A stretch of DNA of 54,968 nt from a virus. Lineage: Duplodnaviria > Caudoviricetes. The DNA lies in IMG/VR virus record IMGVR_UViG_3300014167_000001, positions 1 through 54,968 of that record; one strand, written 5' to 3'. This document shows, in pieces, positions 51,483 through 54,968 of this stretch (its first letter is position 1; each line of letters begins with the position of its first letter). The translations under genes and the position numbers were made by a program. The notes under the pieces are model-generated. The model was given only the letters and a program-made list of their open reading frames with translations, was not told where the DNA came from and ran no database searches.

Positions 51483-52690
51483 GCGGATCACACTCGCGAC
51501 TCAGCCCTTCCGGCGCGCATCGCTGGGGTCGCTGCGTCGGCTCCCTCGCCATGTGCAGGGACATCGTCGACAAAAGCGGCAAGGACGCCGCGCTCGGCAC
51601 GGTGCAGCACTACATCGGTGAGCAGTGCCTGTCGCGAGACTGGGAGCCCGAGAAGTTCCTCGGCGATACGCTGAGCATCATCAAGGCGCACGATTCGGAC
51701 GAGGAGCTGGTGCTGCTCGGCGAGTCGACGAATGCGCTCTTCTCGTTCAAGGTCACCGCCGAGATGGTCGAGAACGTCCGCACCTACGTCAGCGGCGTGC
51801 GACGCGTGCACGGTACGAAGATGTACGAGCGCAGGATCGACACCTCGCGCGTGCTCGGTGTCGAAGGCGAGAAGGGTACCGCCGACGCGGCGATCCTGAA
51901 CCACGACGAGAAGCTGCTCGAAGTTCACGACGCGAAGTTCGGTTTCAACAAGGTCGACGCCGAGGACAACGAGCAGGGGATCCTGTACCTCGCCGGGCTC
52001 CTCGACGAGTTCGAGCTGATGGACGACTGGAAGGGACTCAAGTTCGTCATCCACCAGCCGCGCATCAGCCACTACGACGCGCACACCTACACGCCCGAGC
52101 AGGTGAAGGCGCGCGCCGCGGATCTCGCCGAGGCCGGGCAGAAGGCGCTCGCCCTGCTCGACGCGCCGCGCGAGGAGGTGCTGAAGCATCTCACTCCCGG
52201 GCCGAAGCAGTGCGAGTGGTGCCCGGTGCGCGGCTCCTGCGTTGCGCGCTCGAACCGCGTCAAAGACATGTTCGAGACGCTGGCCGGCGACAAGGTCGAG
52301 CCCGGCGTCCTCACTGATAACGACATCGCCGACTCGGTCCGCCGCATCGACGAGATCGAGGGCTGGTGCAAGGATATCCGCGCAGAAGCGCTGCGGCGCG
52401 CGCTGCTCGGCCACCAGCTCAAGGGTCAGAAGGTCGTGCAGGGCAAGAAGGGGGCCCGCGCGTGGCGCGACGAGGCCGCTGCGGAGCAGGCGCTCGATCT
52501 CCTGCTCTCGCCCGACCAGCTCTACGAGCCGGCGCAGATCATCTCGCCGACCGCGGTTGAACGACTGCTCGGCAAGGATGTCTACCAGACGGTCGCCGAC
52601 GTCGTAATTCAGGCGGAGGGCGGCCTGTCACTGGCCCCGGAGAGCGACAAGCGTCCGGCGGTCAAGATCACACAGCCCGAGTTCCACTAA
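51479..52690 (+). CDS. DUF2800 family PD-(D/E)xK (Cas4-like) exonuclease
   Basis: HSRLSPSGAHRW..C.GS, GT..H, GTAD, D.KFG, I.QPR, PG.KQCEWC....C. Confidence 0.9.
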   Translation: MSGSHSRLSPSGAHRWGRCVGSLAMCRDIVDKSGKDAALGTVQHYIGEQCLSRDWEPEKFLGDTLSIIKAHDSDEELVLLGESTNALFSFKVTAEMVENVRTYVSGVRRVHGTKMYERRIDTSRVLGVEGEKGTADAAILNHDEKLLEVHDAKFGFNKVDAEDNEQGILYLAGLLDEFELMDDWKGLKFVIHQPRISHYDAHTYTPEQVKARAADLAEAGQKALALLDAPREEVLKHLTPGPKQCEWCPVRGSCVARSNRVKDMFETLAGDKVEPGVLTDNDIADSVRRIDEIEGWCKDIRAEALRRALLGHQLKGQKVVQGKKGARAWRDEAAAEQALDLLLSPDQLYEPAQIISPTAVERLLGKDVYQTVADVVIQAEGGLSLAPESDKRPAVKITQPEFH

Positions 52691-52720
52691 GCAAACCATC
52701 GAGTCACGAGGAGATTCAAC

Positions 52721-53362
52721 ATGGCTGAGAAGAAAGAGCACATCGTCCTGATGACCAACGTCCGGCTGAGCTACGCGTACGTCTTCAAGGCGTACGAGGG
52801 CGACGACGGGAAGAAGTCGTACGGGTCGCACATGATTTTCACGGCGGAGCAGCCGTACGAGCCGAAGGTGCCGCTGCCGAACGGCGAGAAGATCACGCTC
52901 AAGGCCGCGCTGCAGCGCGCGATTCGCGAGTGCGCCGTCGAGAAGTGGGGCGACAAGGCGGAGGAGGTGCTGAAGACCCTCGCCGCGCAGGATCGGCTCT
53001 GCCTGCACAAGGGTGACGTCAGCAAGGCCGGGCAGGCCGCTTATGCTGGCAAGCTGTACGTCAGCTCGAACAACGCGGCGAAGCCGAACGCGTACGACAG
53101 CAAGGGTCGTGCGGTCACGGATCCGACACATCCCGAGGCGGTGTACAGCGGTTGCATCGCGCAGGTGGCGATCAACATCTGGGCGCAGGAGAACAAGTAC
53201 GGCAAGCGCATCAACGCCGAGCCGATGGGCTTCAAGTTCACGCGCCACGAGGAGCGCTTGAGCGGCGGCGGTCGCGTTGCGAGCGCGGACGAGTTCGTCG
53301 ACAGCGGCGAGGCGGACGGCGAGGCGCCGACCGGGAGCGACGACACGGACGGCCTTATCTAA
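52721..53362 (+). CDS. DUF2815 single-stranded DNA-binding protein
   Basis: NVRLSY, KGD, VYSGC, N.YGKRIN, E.LSGG, acidic tail. Confidence 0.9.
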   Translation: MAEKKEHIVLMTNVRLSYAYVFKAYEGDDGKKSYGSHMIFTAEQPYEPKVPLPNGEKITLKAALQRAIRECAVEKWGDKAEEVLKTLAAQDRLCLHKGDVSKAGQAAYAGKLYVSSNNAAKPNAYDSKGRAVTDPTHPEAVYSGCIAQVAINIWAQENKYGKRINAEPMGFKFTRHEERLSGGGRVASADEFVDSGEADGEAPTGSDDTDGLI

Positions 53363-53370
53363 CTGAGTCC

Positions 53371-53457
53371 CGCCCGCGGCTGCGCGGCCAACGGGTCGCG
53401 CTCGTGAAAAACTACCCTCTGGTTGAAAGGGTACTACGCGCAGCCGCGGGAGATGGG
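53371..53457 (+). ncRNA. Branched intergenic stem-loop
   Basis: Perfect 14-bp stem 53373-53386/53437-53450 enclosing a TACCCT/AGGGTA hairpin. Confidence 0.45.
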
Positions 53458-53482
53458 CGAATTCACGAACCACGGAGACCAC

Positions 53483-53866
53483 ATGAGCACGATCACACTT
53501 CTCGACCCGATGATCCGGCAGCACCGCAGCGAGCGGCTCAACGTCCGGCGCAACTTCGCGGACCGCGGCCGGATGGACACGCCGCACGGGCGGCTCGTCC
53601 TGTTCGTCCTCGGGCAGCTCGAACGCCTGCGGAAGAACCCGCGGGTCGACGGGCGGCAGAAGGACATGCGCGAGCGCTGGATCCTCGCCGGCTATCAGGA
53701 GAAGGCCGCGACCGTTCCGGACGACAAGACCTACCTGCAGTCGCTGCGTCAGCCGCCCCCCAGTCTGGGTCGCGCCCGGCCGGACCGGCCCGACGTACTC
53801 GCGGCCGCCATTGCAAAACGCGCGCGCCGCGCTCACCTTTCAAACCTACAGGATGCGAGACCATGA
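53483..53866 (+). CDS. Hypothetical Arg-rich protein
   Basis: Preceded by the CACGAACCACGGAG leader. Confidence 0.65.
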   Translation: MSTITLLDPMIRQHRSERLNVRRNFADRGRMDTPHGRLVLFVLGQLERLRKNPRVDGRQKDMRERWILAGYQEKAATVPDDKTYLQSLRQPPPSLGRARPDRPDVLAAAIAKRARRAHLSNLQDARP

Positions 53867-54201
53867 AGGCATTTCAAATCGTCGTCGACAACGTCGAGGG
53901 CGTCACACTGAAGGACGGCAAGCCGGCGCCGACCCTGCGACGCGTGACGGAGGTGTTCATCGCGAACAATATCTCCGACGTGTGGGAGGCGATCGCACCG
54001 ATCCGCTCGCCCGAGTCCGGACGACTGCTCGTGGCGATCGGCGAGACGGCGGACAACGTCAACATCGTGCAGTACAAGGAAGCGCCGCCGGCCGCGCCGC
54101 CGGCCGCGCCGCCGGCTGCACCGACGAAGGACCACGGCACGATGACCCCCGTGGCCGCTGGCAGTTCGGTGCCGCCGATGAGTGGAACTGACGACATCTG
54201 A
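53863..54201 (+). CDS. Hypothetical protein with (APPA)n tail
   Basis: MKAFQIVV...; 12-nt tandem repeat x3 at about 54082-54117. Confidence 0.65.
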   Translation: MKAFQIVVDNVEGVTLKDGKPAPTLRRVTEVFIANNISDVWEAIAPIRSPESGRLLVAIGETADNVNIVQYKEAPPAAPPAAPPAAPTKDHGTMTPVAAGSSVPPMSGTDDI

Positions 54202-54848
54202 TGGACCCGGTCTTCTTCGACACGGAGACGCGCAGCCGTACACCGATCAGTTACGGAACTGATCGGTATACGCGCGACGCGGAGTGCATCATCGCGACGT
54301 GGGCCCGGGGTGACCGGCCCACGCAGTGCTGGGATGCGCTCGATGACGTGCGGATCCCGAACGAACTCGACGACATCCTGCGCGACGATCGCGTCCCGCT
54401 GATCGCGCACAGCGCGAAGTTCGATCGCAACATCGTGCGTCACGCGCTCGGCATCAGCACGAGCATCTACCGCTGGCGCTGCACGATGAGCCAAGCCTAC
54501 GCGCACGGCCTGCCCGGTTCGCTTGATCTGCTCGGGCTCGTGCTCAAGGTCGCCGCCGAAGAGCAGAAGATGGCCGAGGGCCACGATCTCATTCAGGTAT
54601 TCTGCGTGCCGAAGGACGACGGCACGTTCTGGCTTCCGCACGAGAAGCCGGAGCTGTGGGAGACGTTCAAGCGCTACGCGGTGCGCGACACCGACTCGCT
54701 GCGCGCCGACTATCGCAAGCTGGCGCAGCACAACTACTCCGGCGAGAACCTCCGCTTCTACCACGTCGACCAGCTCATCAACGAGCGCGGCTTCGGGTTC
54801 GATGCGAAGTTCGCAGCCGCCGCGGTGCAGTTCCTCGCCAAGGCGAAG
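54201..54848 (+). CDS. polA: DNA polymerase family A, N-terminal 3'-5' exonuclease part (not in the ORF track)
   Basis: Hand translation MDPVFFDTETRS (ExoI), AHSAKFD (ExoII), RCTM..A..HGLPGSL, FKRYAVRD (ExoIII), DQLINERGF. Confidence 0.92.
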
Positions 54849-54968
54849 AGCGGCACGACATGGAGATCGCGCAGGCGACCAACGGCCGCGTCACGGCCGC
54901 CACGCAGCGGAACCGCCTGCTCGACTACCTGCAGAAGCAGCTCGGGCTCGACATTCCGAACATGCGCG
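54846..54968. repeat. Terminal direct repeat (identical to 1-123)
   Basis: Exact match to the window start. Confidence 0.95.

Noticed and set aside
43105-53480. CRISPR array from the AACCACG repeats
   Set aside because: The repeats are short, irregularly spaced by whole genes and tied to RBSs; there is no cas operon, and DUF2800 is a replication nuclease
54082-54117. 12-nt tandem repeat as a contingency locus
   Set aside because: An in-frame (APPA)3 low-complexity linker that cannot cause phase variation

Overview
This window is an apparently complete, circularly permuted genome of a GC-rich podovirus-type dsDNA phage. Positions 1-123 repeat exactly at 54846-54968, so the unit length is about 54.85 kb. 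Two gene blocks diverge from a control region at about 36790-37580. The + strand early/replication block (37586 to the end, continuing 1-6207) encodes a primase-polymerase/D5 helicase, a sigma-like protein, many small genes with their own promoters, a UvrD-like helicase, a short serine recombinase, a DUF2800 nuclease, a DUF2815 SSB, a family A DNA polymerase split by the window ends, VRR-NUC, a SNF2 helicase and a five-gene nucleotide-metabolism cluster. The - strand late block (36787 to 6204) encodes an HNH endonuclease, a tandem GroES, terminases, P22-like portal, scaffold, coat, gp4 and gp10, two tail fibre/spike proteins, a lysis cassette with spanins and three ejection proteins. The most notable signal is a 1839-aa ejection-locus polyprotein that strings together GNAT-, SAM-lyase-, two ADP-ribosyltransferase-like and a glycosylase-like domain. 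Other notable signals are a fused double GroES, two LexA boxes plus a nested palindrome with no recognisable phage repressor, a probable overprinted gene inside the helicase, repeated promoter/leader cassettes and several structured intergenic elements. All family assignments come from motif recognition by eye; no searches were run.
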